The notes under the pieces: generated by a model
The model's input: only the letters and a program-made list of their open reading frames with translations
Databases searched by the model: none
What the model was told of the DNA's origin: nothing
Shown here: positions 51,211-64,000 of the stretch, piece by piece
Numbering within the stretch: the first letter of the stretch is position 1
How the letters are laid out: every line of letters starts with the position of its first letter
Assembly: GCA_025786725.1 (NCBI GenBank)
Contig: JAHLTZ010000021.1
Location: 1-64,000 of the forward strand
Reading direction: 5' to 3'
DNA from: Syncephalis fuscata S228
Taxonomy: Eukaryota > Fungi > Zoopagomycota
DNA: 64,000 nt
Position numbers and translations under genes: made by a program

Positions 51211-51792
51211 TTTTTCATTTTTCAAATTCACACAGATTATAAAGCTAATTATAATATAACATTGATTGTTAAAATACAAAGTAAAAATTATAATGTTTCT
51301 TTAAAACTTTATTTTAATTAACAATAAGGAAAAGATATCAAATTGTGATATATTTATCTATATCAGCATAATTAAATATTTGAACAATATGTTTTGTACC
51401 ATTTGTGCAGCAAGTGAAAATGTTCTTTGTTTGATATATAAATATATTTATAGAACAATTAGCAATAACAAAAAAGGAATGATGGCAACAATCAATTGAA
51501 AGAACAAAGAAACAATTGAAATGGAGTTGTATTTACAAAGGGCTATTGTAACCTGTTTACCATTTTATTTTTATTGCCCTTTGTAATAGTGTATTATTCA
51601 ATTATATGTAGTTTTTTCTTCAGCTATTACCAGATATAAAACCAGTTTTAAATACCATACAAGCACTATACTAAATACACCAAACAAAACGGCATCCTTA
51701 ATATATTGCACTTCTAGCATTTATTGCACAAAGCATTTTTTATTTCAGTTATATTTTAACATAGCAACAATAGCAACAACACTCATTTTACT

Positions 51793-52521
51793 ATGCACTC
51801 GCTCAAAATTATCATCGCAACTTTTGTATCGATTGCCATTGGTTTGGCTAGCGTAGATTCCCAACCTATTGATAACCAGGAAATAATTGCTTCACAAGAG
51901 TCAACATTTGAATCATTAAAAGATTCATCTAGAAAGTCGGCTGAACCTCATACGATTATCCACAAAAACTCCTATGTAGTGCCAGAAGAAAAGAATAATG
52001 CCGACTACATCTCAAGTATTGTAAAAAACTGTCGTCGAGCTACGTTTCCTGGAACCGTTACGTATAGATGGGTTGACAATGAGGGGAAACACGAAAGAAT
52101 CCTTCTTCCCGGCGGTAGCTATTCAGAAATAATAACTCCAGTAAAGCCGGATTTTAAAAACGATGGTCCTACAACCACTTATGAATGGGAAGAAAATGGT
52201 GAAAAATACGTAAGAACCTATAAGGGCATTATTACGGAAATTTTAAATTCCCAAATAAAGCTTATCCGCCGTGATAGCGAAGACGTGGTTCGTACCGTAA
52301 CAGAGAAAAAAGGCGAAGAGGTTACAGAAGCTATTTATTATCCCGACAAAACATTTAGAACGTTTACGCGTAAACCAAAAAAAGAAGAACAATTTGACGG
52401 AATTACCACTAAACTTGAATGGATTGCAAATGGTATGAGGTACACAAAAACAACTTATCCTTTTGGACAAAAAGTTTATATTACTGCAACTCCTACACTA
52501 CCAAGTGCGCCTTTATTTTAA
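51793..52521 (+). CDS. Secreted repeat protein with putative Kex2 sites (NCRR, LIRR)
   Basis: Signal peptide MHSLKIIIATFVSIAIGLASVDS. Two internal repeats share the G.TT..EW..NG..Y motif. Confidence 0.85.
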   Translation: MHSLKIIIATFVSIAIGLASVDSQPIDNQEIIASQESTFESLKDSSRKSAEPHTIIHKNSYVVPEEKNNADYISSIVKNCRRATFPGTVTYRWVDNEGKHERILLPGGSYSEIITPVKPDFKNDGPTTTYEWEENGEKYVRTYKGIITEILNSQIKLIRRDSEDVVRTVTEKKGEEVTEAIYYPDKTFRTFTRKPKKEEQFDGITTKLEWIANGMRYTKTTYPFGQKVYITATPTLPSAPLF

Positions 52522-53675
52522 ACAGTTATAACAAATGCTATGCCATTGTAATATTGATAGTGGCGAGTATTAGTTCATATTATTATGAACATATATGCAC
52601 ATTTCTTCTATTTCACTAAAATAAATTAAGCGTTAAAACATAATAGCATGGCTTTCCACTGTATAATGCTATTACGTTTTAGTGAAGTGTTGTAATTTTC
52701 AAGATTAAATTTTATTATTCACCTTAGATTCTTAAAGAGTATAGCTTTAAGAAATCACAAATGTGTATATTTTATTATCGCATCAATAAACTGCTGCTTA
52801 TTAAAAATAAATTATTAGATTTACACACTTTTGTGTCTTATTATTGGCAATGTGTTTATTGCAATAATATCGTATTAACTATACTAAAAGTTGAAAAAAA
52901 TATAAAGTATTGCCTTGCTGTGGTAATGATCAAGTGTTCAATGCATACGAGCAAAGAATGTGGCAAAATAGTCATGTAGAAAAACATAGACATGCTAGAC
53001 ATTTACAATACTTTGCATTGGCAACAACATGTATATTACAGATGACGTGCTGTATTGTGTAACGCTAACAATCAACAATAGCTATTGATTGTCATTGTCT
53101 AGAAAAGGCCATTGTTGTAGTCATTTTCCACAACACCAGCAATTGTGTCAAACTTAGTTTACAATGATGGAAATCAATCGCACCTTCGATGTTATACGTG
53201 TTTGTCCTTATCAACATAGCTAAATACTTTATGGGGTATATGTTGCACATCATCCATACAACAAAGTAAAAATGTTCTTTGTTTAAAATATAAATAGATT
53301 TATAGAATAACTAGCAATAGCGAGAGCAGAACGATGACAATAATAAACAAAAAAGCAACCAAAAAGCAGCCACTAACAAAGACAGCACAATGTTTAGCAC
53401 TAAAATTAGTTATTTGTTGTGCTAGAAGCAAGCCAGCGTTACACGAAAATATAATGTATTCGATTAGTTTAAGCGTTTTGGCTAAATATTAGCAGATATA
53501 AATTCAAGATCTGTATATCCCCAAATTATTATCAGAACAAGAATTCAAACAAACATTTCTAGCATTCAGCACTTCTGGCATTCCATTCAGCATTTTGCAC
53601 TTGATTTTCGACATTTGTGTTTTTATTCGATTTTGTTTATAACATAGCAATAGCAACAGCAACATCCACTTTACC

Positions 53676-54512
53676 ATGAATTCGGTTAAAGCCATCATCG
53701 CAGCCTCTATACTAATTATCATTGGCCTGGCCAGTGTAGATGCCCGGCCAGTTTCCGGACATTCACCAAGCATCTATGCCACACCACAAATTAATCAGCC
53801 AACGTATGCTCATGATACAAAAATGAAAAACAGCTTGCACGCCGCTCAAATAGCAATGTAACTACTATTAGGATTTACGAGCAAGATAGCATGGTAGTTA
53901 CAGAAACTATGCACCCCAATGGCCATGCTTCATCCTCAAGACGTCCGCTAAACCTTGGTGAACATATAGAAGGCACCATTACAGTTAGGGAGTGGGTCCA
54001 AGATGACATTAAACATATTGAAACTGTTGAAGCCGATGGTGCACAACGCCTTGAAAAAGAGCCATTAGTCCGTCGATCTGTCCCAGGCGAAGCTACCACT
54101 ATTGTGACTAAAGAAAACGATACTATTACGACGCATGTGATTGAAGCTGATGGCTCTGAGTCATCATCAATTCGAACATTAGATCCAGAGGAAAATTCTG
54201 AAGATTTTGTTGAAATCTACGATCCAATAAACAATTATGGATCTCCATACAATAAAGAAAATCTAGTTCGCCGTTCCAATAATGGCGTAACTACTACCAG
54301 GATCACTGATAAAAATGGCTGGGTTACTTCATTGGTTAAAAATCTGATGGCACCAAGTCATCTTCAATTCACCAGTGCAGCCCGGTGAGAATTATCCCGG
54401 ACCTAGAACCATTCGTGAATGGGTTAAAGATGGTCAAATGCAAAGAGAAACCAAATACGATAATGGTGCCACAGTGCATGAAATTGTTAAATCTAAGAAA
54501 TATGCTCACTAA
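53676..54512 (+). CDS. Secreted repeat protein with three L[AV]RR sites; paralog of 51793-52521; three homopolymer frameshifts
   Basis: Signal MNSVKAIIAASILIIIGLASVDA. Restoring one base in each of A5 53819-53823, A5 54338-54342 and C3 54381-54383 gives one ORF: KQLARR|SNSNVTT..., EPLVRR|SVPG..., ENLVRR|SNNGVTT...IREWVKDG...KYAH*. Confidence 0.8.
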
Positions 54513-55629
54513 ATTAAGCAAACAAAGAGCATGGCTGTCATTGCAATATAAATATCGGCAGCATCTAGGTTAACTAACTATACATATTTTACGAATGTAA
54601 CAGCGGCTAATCAATTTTTATTAACTGTTTTATATGGTCTTAATATTAAAGTTGATTTGCTATATCCAATACTTGTTTTAAATAATGTTCTATAATATAG
54701 TACTTAAAGTTGTACTTGATTGTAATATTATAAATTGTTTGCATTTTCTAATTATCTTTGTTTATTAAAATAGCAACAATATCCGATTGTATTGTATATC
54801 ATTTTAAAATATTAAATATTAATTATTATTCGATATGGCTTGGGGCAAATTATTATATTTGATAATGTTTACACATTTAGACTACATAATCGTCCTATTA
54901 ACATGAAATTAAGTAGTAAATGAAACCAATGATTAAAATAATCGCTATCGCATATTTATTATTCAGTATGCATATATCTACAATAATGAGCATTTGTACT
55001 ACTAATGTCACATGGCTATTGACTGGTCACCACTGTGCTCTAAAACGTTGACAATTACATCACATATAGTTAATAATATTAGTAATTCCACTGTTCATAT
55101 ATCTATACTTTGTTTTCACATTCGATTAGCCATAGATAATATATTATTACTATGCAATAAGTTATATATAACATTCCTACATACATATACATTGCATACT
55201 AACTGATATTTATTTTATAATAAAATACTAAACAATATTAGTTAGATTAATGTAAATATGCATTATTCATTAGTATATCATTTACAATAAATTACCTATA
55301 ATTTAAAATTACGTTATTGTGTCTTGTTGCCTAAATAATAATTTTAATAATTAGTATTTGTATTAATTTATAGTAATTGTTAATGCTTATAAACTGATTT
55401 ATTGATACAAATATAAAGAACAAAATAAAACAACTTGAAAACCGCAAATATAGCTAGCCCATTAAACAAGTAGCTGCCGTTCCCAGTCCCTGTCAAGTTC
55501 TATATTAGAACGACAAGGCCCGGTGTACAGAGTCACTTGCTTGTAGGTCCCGCTTATGGTAATAATATCTAAATTTGTATTAGTACTGCTGTATTAGATT
55601 TCTAAATTTACTTACCTTGTTTATAGGTT

Positions 55630-56320
55630 TTTAATCATCATCAAAGGCCACGGTGATGATTCGTGGTCCTGGCGCGACCACTTCCTCGAGTTCATCCTCA
55701 TCGAATGGCTCATCCTCGGCCGGCTTCTTTCCAAGCACGCCTACAGGTTGTGAATCGCAATCGTCGCTTATAATAGCGCGGGATCGCGGATTCCGAACCG
55801 TAAATTTATGCTCCTCTTCGTCATCGCCCGCATTTACTGGTGCCTGCTCGCTAATGCTGAGAGCGACGCTGCGACGACGCGACTTTGGACGACTACTTTT
55901 CGAGCCGTTCCATTCTCGCTTGGTTGTGTCGACGCTGGCTTGCGCGCACTAGTATACTCAATACCTTCCATTGGTACCGCTTCGCTAGCAGTACCAGTGG
56001 ATGAGTAGTAATGCAAGTGAAAGGTGAAGGCATCAGCTGCCTCAACACCTTGCATTGGAGCTGCCTGGCTGGCAGTCCAACTAGACGAATGGTAGTGGAA
56101 CCAGAAATTAAATGTAGGCGTCTCAAACGATAACGCAGATGAAGCGTATATTGGCCGCGACACATTCATCTTCACACGGACCTTTTTTAAGGTCGCCTTG
56201 CTACCTTGCATGATATACGTTTTGGAGAACGTACGTTTTTGGACATGCAAGGGTAAAGTAGCAGCGTAAAGCTGCTGCACGTATGGTATGGCGTAGTCAT
56301 AATGAACTACTTTGGCTATA
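55630..56320 (-). CDS. Hypothetical protein with a duplicated ~28-aa motif and acidic C-terminus (exon structure uncertain)
   Basis: GC-richer, coding-like segment with internal repeat FNFWFHYHSSSWTASQAAPMQGVE / FTFHLHYYSSTGTASEAVPMEGIE. Flanking splice signals are present. Confidence 0.5.
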
Positions 56321-57917
56321 GTGACGCACAGATAACATTAATTAACACCATGTAAACAGTATATGAAACGCAAGTGCGAACGCAGCATAACTAACCAAAC
56401 TATTCAGTTCAAGTGGATGAAAAATCTTACACAAGTGCCAAGGATGAACAGTGCAGTCGAACAAAGCAAGTAAACAGAACATGCACAGTGCAAAGTGTTA
56501 CGCAACAGAACAACTTGGCGCAGCAGCCATAGCCCCATCCATTAACCAACGCAAACGCAAACGCAACACTTGCTTACCTTTAAAATGTTTTTAAACGAAA
56601 AAAGAAACTACAACAGCGTAGTATAGCGAATGAATAAAGTGGAGAAACAAATAAGATGAAAGCGTTATAGAACACTACCAATTGATCTTGCGCAGGCTTT
56701 TACACAGTAATTTCCACTTACTATTTTACACCCACACACAAGTAGTTTGTATTATCGTTTATTTGTATTAAGTATTTGTATATACACCTTGTTACGTCAC
56801 TATCGTGTTATGCAGCTCAATGCAATCTCACTAACCAAAACAGGCCTGCATCGGACATGAATACTAAATGGTCCGTGTACACCTTGCTAAACCGGTAAAT
56901 AGTCCGATAAACTGGATGGCGTGATCACAACAACAAATAGCACATAGCACGTGATCTTGTGTTTACTTTTCATAAATACGCCACCACCATGATTGTCGCG
57001 TATTAATAACGCGCGTACACGACCGAAACAATAACAGACCATTTATACAATACACGTAGCTGTAATAACATATAACGTTATTTATTCAAGCCACTTGTGT
57101 ATATTCTAATATTCATAATATACGGTTTATTTCTATTTATACGATTGTTTTGTTACTTATTTGATTGATTTATATTCCAGTATATCAGTATACTTTTAAC
57201 AACCATAAACAATGCCAATGCTTTATACAGCACGTTTATATTAAAACTTGGTTTAAAGGTGGTTTGTTGGTAGGTGCGTTGCAATCATCGTAGTCTCGTT
57301 ACTGATGGAAATACATATCATTTAGCTTATTGTAGCCAGTTCATTACTAAAACAGTTTATAATGGCTTTGTTGTTTTATAGCATCAGTAATTATTATTTT
57401 CTATCATATTTAATAACTATAGCATAAATATTTACATAATTTACTCATAGTTATTGCTGTAGTTTATTTGATGTATATAAAATACTTGTGCTGTAGCTAT
57501 ATTCGTTAGTATTAAATGTATCAGTTGTAGCTGCTTTACGCGCTATGATATAGATGACAAACTGATTGTCTATCAATATTATATCAAAACAGTAATATGT
57601 TGTAATCTTCAAATGAATAAGCATATCCAAGATTGATTGATAATGCATTGTATACATCATATACTTATTTTACTGTTGATACTGTAGCAATATGTAAAAT
57701 GGCAATTGTTTGGTCATTGTCATGTGTAGACACTGGAGATGACACCACACTATGTTCAGCAATACCTATACTACTATTATTGATACATCTATAGTTTGCC
57801 TTTATTCTTGACCAACTATAAAACACTTTATGATCATTGTATAATAAATAACATGCACTACATGTATGGCTAATATTAGTCTTATAGTCATGACCTTTTT
57901 GAAAGTGTACAAATAGC

Positions 57918-58400
57918 AATGCTGAAGTTATAGTGCACGGAGTTTAATTAAAGAATTAAGCTGAAATATATTACTAATGAAGCTATAAACAAACAAACAA
58001 TAGTTAAGGATGGAGTATTAATATTTATGATATAATGGCGTACAAGTGAATAAGTATACAGTAGGAAAAACATAAATAACAGTGGTAAAGTCATTGAGCA
58101 TATATGCTTGAACAGATGAGCGGAATTAGTTGATATTTATTAATAATAAATTAAAACAGAAATAAAAACAGTTTTGAATAGAGCATGGCTAAGTAAGTGT
58201 AGAATGATATATAAAATGATAAATGTACGGTAAGAAAACATATAAAATAATGCTAAAGTTATAGTGCATATAATGCAATGAGTGGAATGAGTGAAGCGTA
58301 ATAGACATATAAACAATAAAATGTGTCTAGTGTATCATAGAATAATACATAGTAGTGTGGAATAGAATGGCAATGATATAGGTAAATGGTGGATATATGC
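57918..58400. repeat. Degenerate ~165-bp tandem repeat, ~3 copies
   Basis: AATGCTGAAGTTATAGTGCA (57918), AGTGGTAAAGTCATTGAGCA (58081) and AATGCTAAAGTTATAGTGCA (58249), with similar intervening blocks. Confidence 0.6.
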
Positions 58401-58859
58401 TACTGGATAACGAATCTATAATGACGAGTATTTGATGACTGATGTCACTCACCACCCATCATCATGTTCAATAGATTGGGCGTTATTAAATATTAGTCAT
58501 TTGTCCCCAAAAAAGCAATAAGTGTGATGATGTGACGATTAAATAAAACTCACCACTTGTCCCCATGTTCAATAGAACGAAAATGTAGTTCAACTACGCA
58601 AATGTTATCAAAAAAAGTCATTTGGCACCCAAACTATTCTAAATTATTAATGAATTGTTTAATAATAACATGAGCAAAAACTAGACTACTGACATTATTA
58701 AAATGGATATGTAGATCTAGTTATATCGAATGTAATCAAATAGTATTAACACAATAAAAATATACTGCATATAAATATAAGCATTGATTAATTTAATTAA
58801 TACATGCTATTGTAATAAAATACACTGTTGTTGACAGGAAAGTGTGTAAATTTAATGAA

Positions 58860-61800
58860 TTATTTTTGATGGGTAGCAACCCATTGGCGCGCATTGTGGA
58901 ACATACGCATCCATGGTCCTTCAAATGCCCATTCTTTAAGCATTGAATCGGGGTAATACGAATTAGCTTCAAGACGTGTAACACGTTCTGGATGTGGCAT
59001 CATAGCAAGTACTCGTCCATGAAGCGCAGCTACACCAGTAATACCCGATGGGCTGCCATTTGGATTATGCGGGAAGATTTCAGTAGGCTGGCCACGATGA
59101 TCGATCAATCGTACAGCTACTTGGCGTTGGTCCTCCAACTTTGTAAGATGGCCTCTATCCGAGAATTCAGCTCGACCTTCTCCATGGGCTACAGCCACTG
59201 GTAGTTTGGATCCTTGCATATCTTTAAAGAAAATGGACTGAACACCCTCGACTAGCTCGACCATACAGACGCGCGCTTCATATTGCTCTGACTGATTACG
59301 TACAAAGCGTGGCCAGTGCTCAGTGCCGGGGATAAGTCCGCGGAGTTGTGATAAGAACTGGCAGCCATTGCACACACCAAGCGCAAATGTATCGTCACGA
59401 TTATTGAAAAAGTCTAGGAATTCCTTGCGTGCTCGCTCGTTTAGTACGGCCGATTGAGCCCAGCCAGATGCAGCACCTAGCACATCGCCAAAAGAAAAGC
59501 CGCCACAAGCGGCAAATCCAACAAAGTCGCGCAGTGTAACTCGGCCTTCAATTAAATCGCTCATATGAACATCTATAGCCTCAAAGCCAGCTTTTGTAAA
59601 GGCATAGGCCATTTCTACTTGACCATTCACACCTTGTTCACGTAGAATGGCCACCTTGGGACGTTGTTCAACTGATAGGTCAGCGTCGACAACTGGATTA
59701 AGTTTTGTAGGTCCAAAAGTCAACTCGTAAAAGAGACCTGGGTCCTGGTCGTCGTGAATTAAATCATATTCTTGCTGGGCACATACTGGATTGTCACGCA
59801 GTGCTTGCATTCTGAACGATGTTTCAGCCCATTGCCGTTCCAATATGCCACGCGTTGTGTTAAGTAGCGTTTCTTGTCCGTGTTTGAATACAATAGATGC
59901 ATCGCCGTATGCCTTTACCGATCCAATAACATGAATATGTTCAGATGGGAATCCAGCCTTGGTCATCGTCTCACGGAATTGCGCTTCTCCTTGGCGTGTC
60001 ACCTGAACAACAGCACCGAGTTCCTCGTTGAATAGAACACGAACTGGATCATCACCAAGAGATGTCGTATCAACATCAATGCCTAACCGACTGGCAAATA
60101 CCATTTCTACCAATGTTGTAAACAAACCACCATCTGATCGATCATGGTAAGCAAGTAGTACTTGTGGTAGTAAGCGAGCCTGTTGTAGTCCATTAAAGAA
60201 TGAGCGCAGTAGGCTAGGCTGGTCGACATTAGGCGCTACAGCTCCTACTTGTCGGAATACTTGGCAAATAGCTGATCCACCAAGACGTTGCTGGCCACCG
60301 GCAATATCGATAAGCAATAGTAGGCCGCTGCTAGTAGCATCATTGGTATCGACTTGTAGTTGTGGCGTTAATGTTTCGCGTACATTGTCAACTGGCGCAT
60401 ATCCAGTAATAATTAGCGAAAGCGGTGAAGTAACTGAACGCTGCTCTCCTGTCGTCTTATCTGGCCATTGCATCTTCATCGACATTGAATCTTTGCCAAC
60501 TGGAATGGCAATACCAAGCTGAGGACACAAATCAATACCAACTGCATGAACGGCTGCATACAAATTGGCACCTTCGCCCTTCTCATTAGCGGCACACATC
60601 CAATTGGCCGACAAACGAATAAGTGATATATCACGAATAGATGCAGCGGCCAAATTCGTAATTGCTTCACCAACTGCCATACGGGCTGAAGCAGCGGCAT
60701 CGACCAAGGCCACTGGTGTTCGTTCTCCCATAGCCATAGCCTCACCGGTAATTGAGTCGTAATTCGTAGCAGTTACAGCTACATCGGCCACAGGTATTTG
60801 CCATGGACCTACCATTTGGTCACGCATTACTAGGCCGGTAACTGTACGATCGCCAATCGTAATAAGGAATTTTTTGCTAGCTACACTTGGTAGATGCAAA
60901 ATACGATGCACAGCTTCATTAAAGCGATCGGTAAAGCTGGTAATTGTAGCTGGCAGACACGAAGTCAAAGAAGTATCAAATGGACTACGTAATGGCTTCA
61001 ATGTTGTAGCTACACGACTCATACGAGGTGGCTTTCCGAATAGTACCGACATTGGCAGATCAATTGGCGTCTTATTAGTAAGCGAATCGACTAGTCGGAA
61101 TTGCTCCTCAGCTGTAGTTTTACCTACAACAGCATATAGACAACGTTCTCGCTTGGCAATCAATTCAAATTCGGCAAGACGTTCTGGTGCAATAGCAAGT
61201 ACGTAGCGCTCTTGCGATTCATTGCACCATATTTCCATTGGCGATAAAGATGGATCTGAGCAAGGAATGGCGCGTAACTGCACTACAGCACCTAGCTGGC
61301 TGTCGTGTACAAGTTCCGGCAATGCGTTTGATAAACCACCAGCACCAACATCGTGTATAGATTGAATTGGATTCTGTTCGGCAAGTGTAGTGCAGCCATC
61401 GATGACTTGTTGGCAACGACGTTCCATTTCGGCATTATCACGCTGTACCGAAGCAAAGTCTAAATCAATCGAGCTAGAGCCGGATGTCATCGATGAAGCT
61501 GCACCACCACCCAAACCAATAAGCATCGATGGACCGCCCAATACAATTAGCTGTGCACCTGGCGTAATCTTCTGTTTATGAACATGGCCCGAACGGATGT
61601 TACCTATACCGCCAGCAATCATAATTGGCTTATGGTAGCCACGAACTGATGACTGTTTGCCGTCTGTATCGTCTATAACACGTTCGGCAAAAGTGCGGAA
61701 GTATCCAGCAATATTTGGTCGCCCAAATTCGTTGTTAAAAGCAGCACCACCCAACGGAGCCTGGACCATAATATCAAGTGCTGAGGCAACATGGTGTGGC

Positions 61801-62969
61801 CGGCCTACGTCCTCTTCCCAAGGCTGCTCAAATCCTGGAATTAATAGATTTGATACAGTAAATCCAGTAAGGCCGGCTTTGGGCTTGGATCCAGTACCAA
61901 CAGCGCCTTCGTCACGGATTTCACCACCCGATCCTGTGGCTGCACCAGGGAAAGGAGAAACAGCTGTAGGATGGTTATGTGTTTCAACCTTGACGACCAT
62001 GTGAACCGGTTCGGTTGTACTTACATATTGATGCTGATTATTTGACGCAAAGCGAGCTACCGTTGGGCCTTCAAGCACGGCAGCGTTATCTGAATAGGCA
62101 GATAATACGCCTGATGGATGTAAATTATACGTATTACGAATCATTTGGAACAATGAATAATCCATTGGTTGGTTGTCGATCGTCCATTCAGCACCAAATA
62201 TCTTATGACGACAATGTTCTGAATTGACTTGAGCAAACATCATAAGTTCAACATCGGTAGGATTGCGATTAAGTGACTCTGGTTTACTACTAACAAATGC
62301 TTCAACCAAATAGTCAATTTCGTCATCAGCCAACGCTAGGCCCCAGTTTTGATTAGCAGTAACTAAGGCTGATTTAGCAGCCACCAAATGCTGTTCATGG
62401 CCAAGCATTTCGACGTGCTTGAGCGGACCAGGTTGGCCTTGCAAAAAGATAATGTTCTCTGTAGGCAATACATCGGTTACCGACTCGGTCATACGATCAT
62501 GAAGATGGCCACAGATCGCCATATGGGTTGTTTTATCGATGGGATTTGCTTCGATCAAGTAAACGATACCACGTTCAATACGACGAACACAGCTGGAAAG
62601 TTTACACAATGAAGCAATTTCAGATGCTTTTGATGACCAAGGAGAGATGGTACCAGGTCGTGGACAGACTGTAATCACTTGGTATCCATTAAGTTGACCA
62701 TCACGATCGAGTGGTTTGCCGGCGATAAACGATTCAAGACAGGTACGCGCCGGGTCGACAGTCGTGTTGTCCCAGGCTGGTCCATAGGAAAGCAGTTCTT
62801 TTAGAATACCTAGCTGCTCCTCGTTTAGTGCATCAACGCTCAAGTCAACGAAATGCACGTAGTAGGCCGCGGCAACATTTTTAACTGTAGGAATCGCATC
62901 GCGTAACTTGTGGGCCAACAAGTTGCGACGAAACTCGGAAAGAGCAGGACTACCAGGAAGAACAAGCAT
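58860..62969 (-). CDS. ADE6: Phosphoribosylformylglycinamidine synthase (large PurL), intronless
   Basis: [37 protein letters not shown], glutaminase GVCNGCQ and MMPHPER. The ATG is at 62969. Confidence 0.98.
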   Translation of the reverse strand: MLVLPGSPALSEFRRNLLAHKLRDAIPTVKNVAAAYYVHFVDLSVDALNEEQLGILKELLSYGPAWDNTTVDPARTCLESFIAGKPLDRDGQLNGYQVITVCPRPGTISPWSSKASEIASLCKLSSCVRRIERGIVYLIEANPIDKTTHMAICGHLHDRMTESVTDVLPTENIIFLQGQPGPLKHVEMLGHEQHLVAAKSALVTANQNWGLALADDEIDYLVEAFVSSKPESLNRNPTDVELMMFAQVNSEHCRHKIFGAEWTIDNQPMDYSLFQMIRNTYNLHPSGVLSAYSDNAAVLEGPTVARFASNNQHQYVSTTEPVHMVVKVETHNHPTAVSPFPGAATGSGGEIRDEGAVGTGSKPKAGLTGFTVSNLLIPGFEQPWEEDVGRPHHVASALDIMVQAPLGGAAFNNEFGRPNIAGYFRTFAERVIDDTDGKQSSVRGYHKPIMIAGGIGNIRSGHVHKQKITPGAQLIVLGGPSMLIGLGGGAASSMTSGSSSIDLDFASVQRDNAEMERRCQQVIDGCTTLAEQNPIQSIHDVGAGGLSNALPELVHDSQLGAVVQLRAIPCSDPSLSPMEIWCNESQERYVLAIAPERLAEFELIAKRERCLYAVVGKTTAEEQFRLVDSLTNKTPIDLPMSVLFGKPPRMSRVATTLKPLRSPFDTSLTSCLPATITSFTDRFNEAVHRILHLPSVASKKFLITIGDRTVTGLVMRDQMVGPWQIPVADVAVTATNYDSITGEAMAMGERTPVALVDAAASARMAVGEAITNLAAASIRDISLIRLSANWMCAANEKGEGANLYAAVHAVGIDLCPQLGIAIPVGKDSMSMKMQWPDKTTGEQRSVTSPLSLIITGYAPVDNVRETLTPQLQVDTNDATSSGLLLLIDIAGGQQRLGGSAICQVFRQVGAVAPNVDQPSLLRSFFNGLQQARLLPQVLLAYHDRSDGGLFTTLVEMVFASRLGIDVDTTSLGDDPVRVLFNEELGAVVQVTRQGEAQFRETMTKAGFPSEHIHVIGSVKAYGDASIVFKHGQETLLNTTRGILERQWAETSFRMQALRDNPVCAQQEYDLIHDDQDPGLFYELTFGPTKLNPVVDADLSVEQRPKVAILREQGVNGQVEMAYAFTKAGFEAIDVHMSDLIEGRVTLRDFVGFAACGGFSFGDVLGAASGWAQSAVLNERARKEFLDFFNNRDDTFALGVCNGCQFLSQLRGLIPGTEHWPRFVRNQSEQYEARVCMVELVEGVQSIFFKDMQGSKLPVAVAHGEGRAEFSDRGHLTKLEDQRQVAVRLIDHRGQPTEIFPHNPNGSPSGITGVAALHGRVLAMMPHPERVTRLEANSYYPDSMLKEWAFEGPWMRMFHNARQWVATHQK

Positions 62970-63607
62970 GTTTTTATAATTACACGCACGTATACACACT
63001 TGGCCGCTATACAGGTAGGATAGTGTGGTAGAGCTACGTTTAGGTGGCAGTCTCGTTACAAATGCAGTAAAGTGGAACTAGAAACACATCCACTTGAACA
63101 AGTAGAAAAAAAATTCTGGTTATCTGATAGTAGATCCGATCGAGTTGATCTGAATTGATTTAGTTTATAAAGCATTGGCTTGCCTGATTGAAACTCAAAC
63201 AGCGGTTTATCATTTGGTTTTCGCTTTACTTATTCTCGCCAATATATACATCGTGAACTGTAAGGCTCTCTACTACTAATATATGTATTGTTTTTGTAGC
63301 TTATGTAGCCAGTTTGGCTATTGTAAACGTTGTGCCATTTTAATTTGCTGTGATATTAAAATAGCAATCAATTAATCCATTGTTCTTTATCCAAGTTTTT
63401 AACTTTTAGTAGCTGCAGCCCCACCAAACTCCGCAAGTCTTATAAACATCGCGAAACTTTGAAATTATAATATTAAACTGTAGTGTAATAATTGGAGTAA
63501 AAATCTAATTATACATTAAATTATCAGTTTTTTAAAGATAATACAAAATAGCTAAATGGCATATTTTTTAGTTATTAAACTATTATTTACTATATTAACA
63601 TAGAGAT

Positions 63608-64000
63608 TTATTCAAATACCAACGAAATGACTAACAAACTAATAATCGAATAAGCCAACAACGTATTGGATAAGCCAATTGCCGCTGCATTTGATGTTTT
63701 TTGATTTATTTTAAAAGCACTATCATTACCAAATCTATACTTGACATCGACAAAGGCCGACTCTGTAGTATTGGTATTATCCAGTACAAGACAATATTCT
63801 GTATTGGGTGACATAAGAGCGACAGGTGCCTTGACACCAATATTGCACGATGTATGACGAGTCGTGTTGGAAGTATCGTTTGAAACAGGACACGAGTTAT
63901 TAGCATCGTAAGTTGTGTTAAATGGTATTGATGGCGACGAAGGCGAGCTACTACGCTTAACCTTATCTTTATCGCGAACATAAGCCGACTTTTCAGTTAA
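63608..64000 (-). CDS. 3' part of a secreted, probably GPI-anchored protein (runs off the window)
   Basis: Cys- and N-glycosylation-rich segment ending SNAAAIGLSNTLLAYSIISLLVISLVFE*, a GPI-signal-like tail. One frameshift at ~63815. Confidence 0.55.
   Translation of the reverse strand, partial: LTEKSAYVRDKDKVKRSSSPSSPSIPFNTTYDANNSCPVSNDTSNTTRHTSCNIGVKAPVALMSPNTEYCLVLDNTNTTESAFVDVKYRFGNDSAFKINQKTSNAAAIGLSNTLLAYSIISLLVISLVFE

Noticed and set aside
58860-62969. Intronless, bacterial-looking purL as a horizontal transfer or contaminant
   Set aside because: Eukaryotic ADE6 is normally the large fused PurL type. Base composition resembles neighbouring exons, and other intronless genes occur in this window.

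Overview
This is AT-rich eukaryotic DNA with short GT-AG introns, from an early-diverging fungus. The gene families resemble what I associate with Zoopagomycota such as the mycoparasite Syncephalis; that is inference and unverified. Recognisable housekeeping genes are an S8 subtilisin, tRNA-Val(AAC), a histidine phosphatase/phytase, an SREBP-type bHLH, MIX14, COX4, MRPL3, ATG2, an NDUFA9-like SDR, TAP42, F-box proteins and ADE6. Many ORFs are broken by single-base losses in short homopolymers, probably assembly error. The standout is invisible to the ORF track. An ~81-bp tandem 'minisatellite' at 10.1-12.6 kb reads as 31 consecutive micro-exons (29 of exactly 3 nt, one 6 nt, one 2 nt), each bracketed by AG and GT/GC splice sites. 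The array sits between a signal-peptide exon ending in LVRR and a terminal exon carrying the stop. Spliced together, with one base restored in the 2-nt unit, the exons spell a 33-aa six-cysteine secreted peptide, DPIQCAACVENCKKTGSMEKCRHDCNRYVGDCE, at about one codon per exon. The repeat units look as if they have been duplicated and shuffled as codon cassettes. A decayed Fanzor/TnpB-like nuclease lies upstream of this gene and a decayed hAT transposase lies downstream. A family of secreted proteins with repeats following LxRR/KR Kex2-type sites is also present, in three copies.
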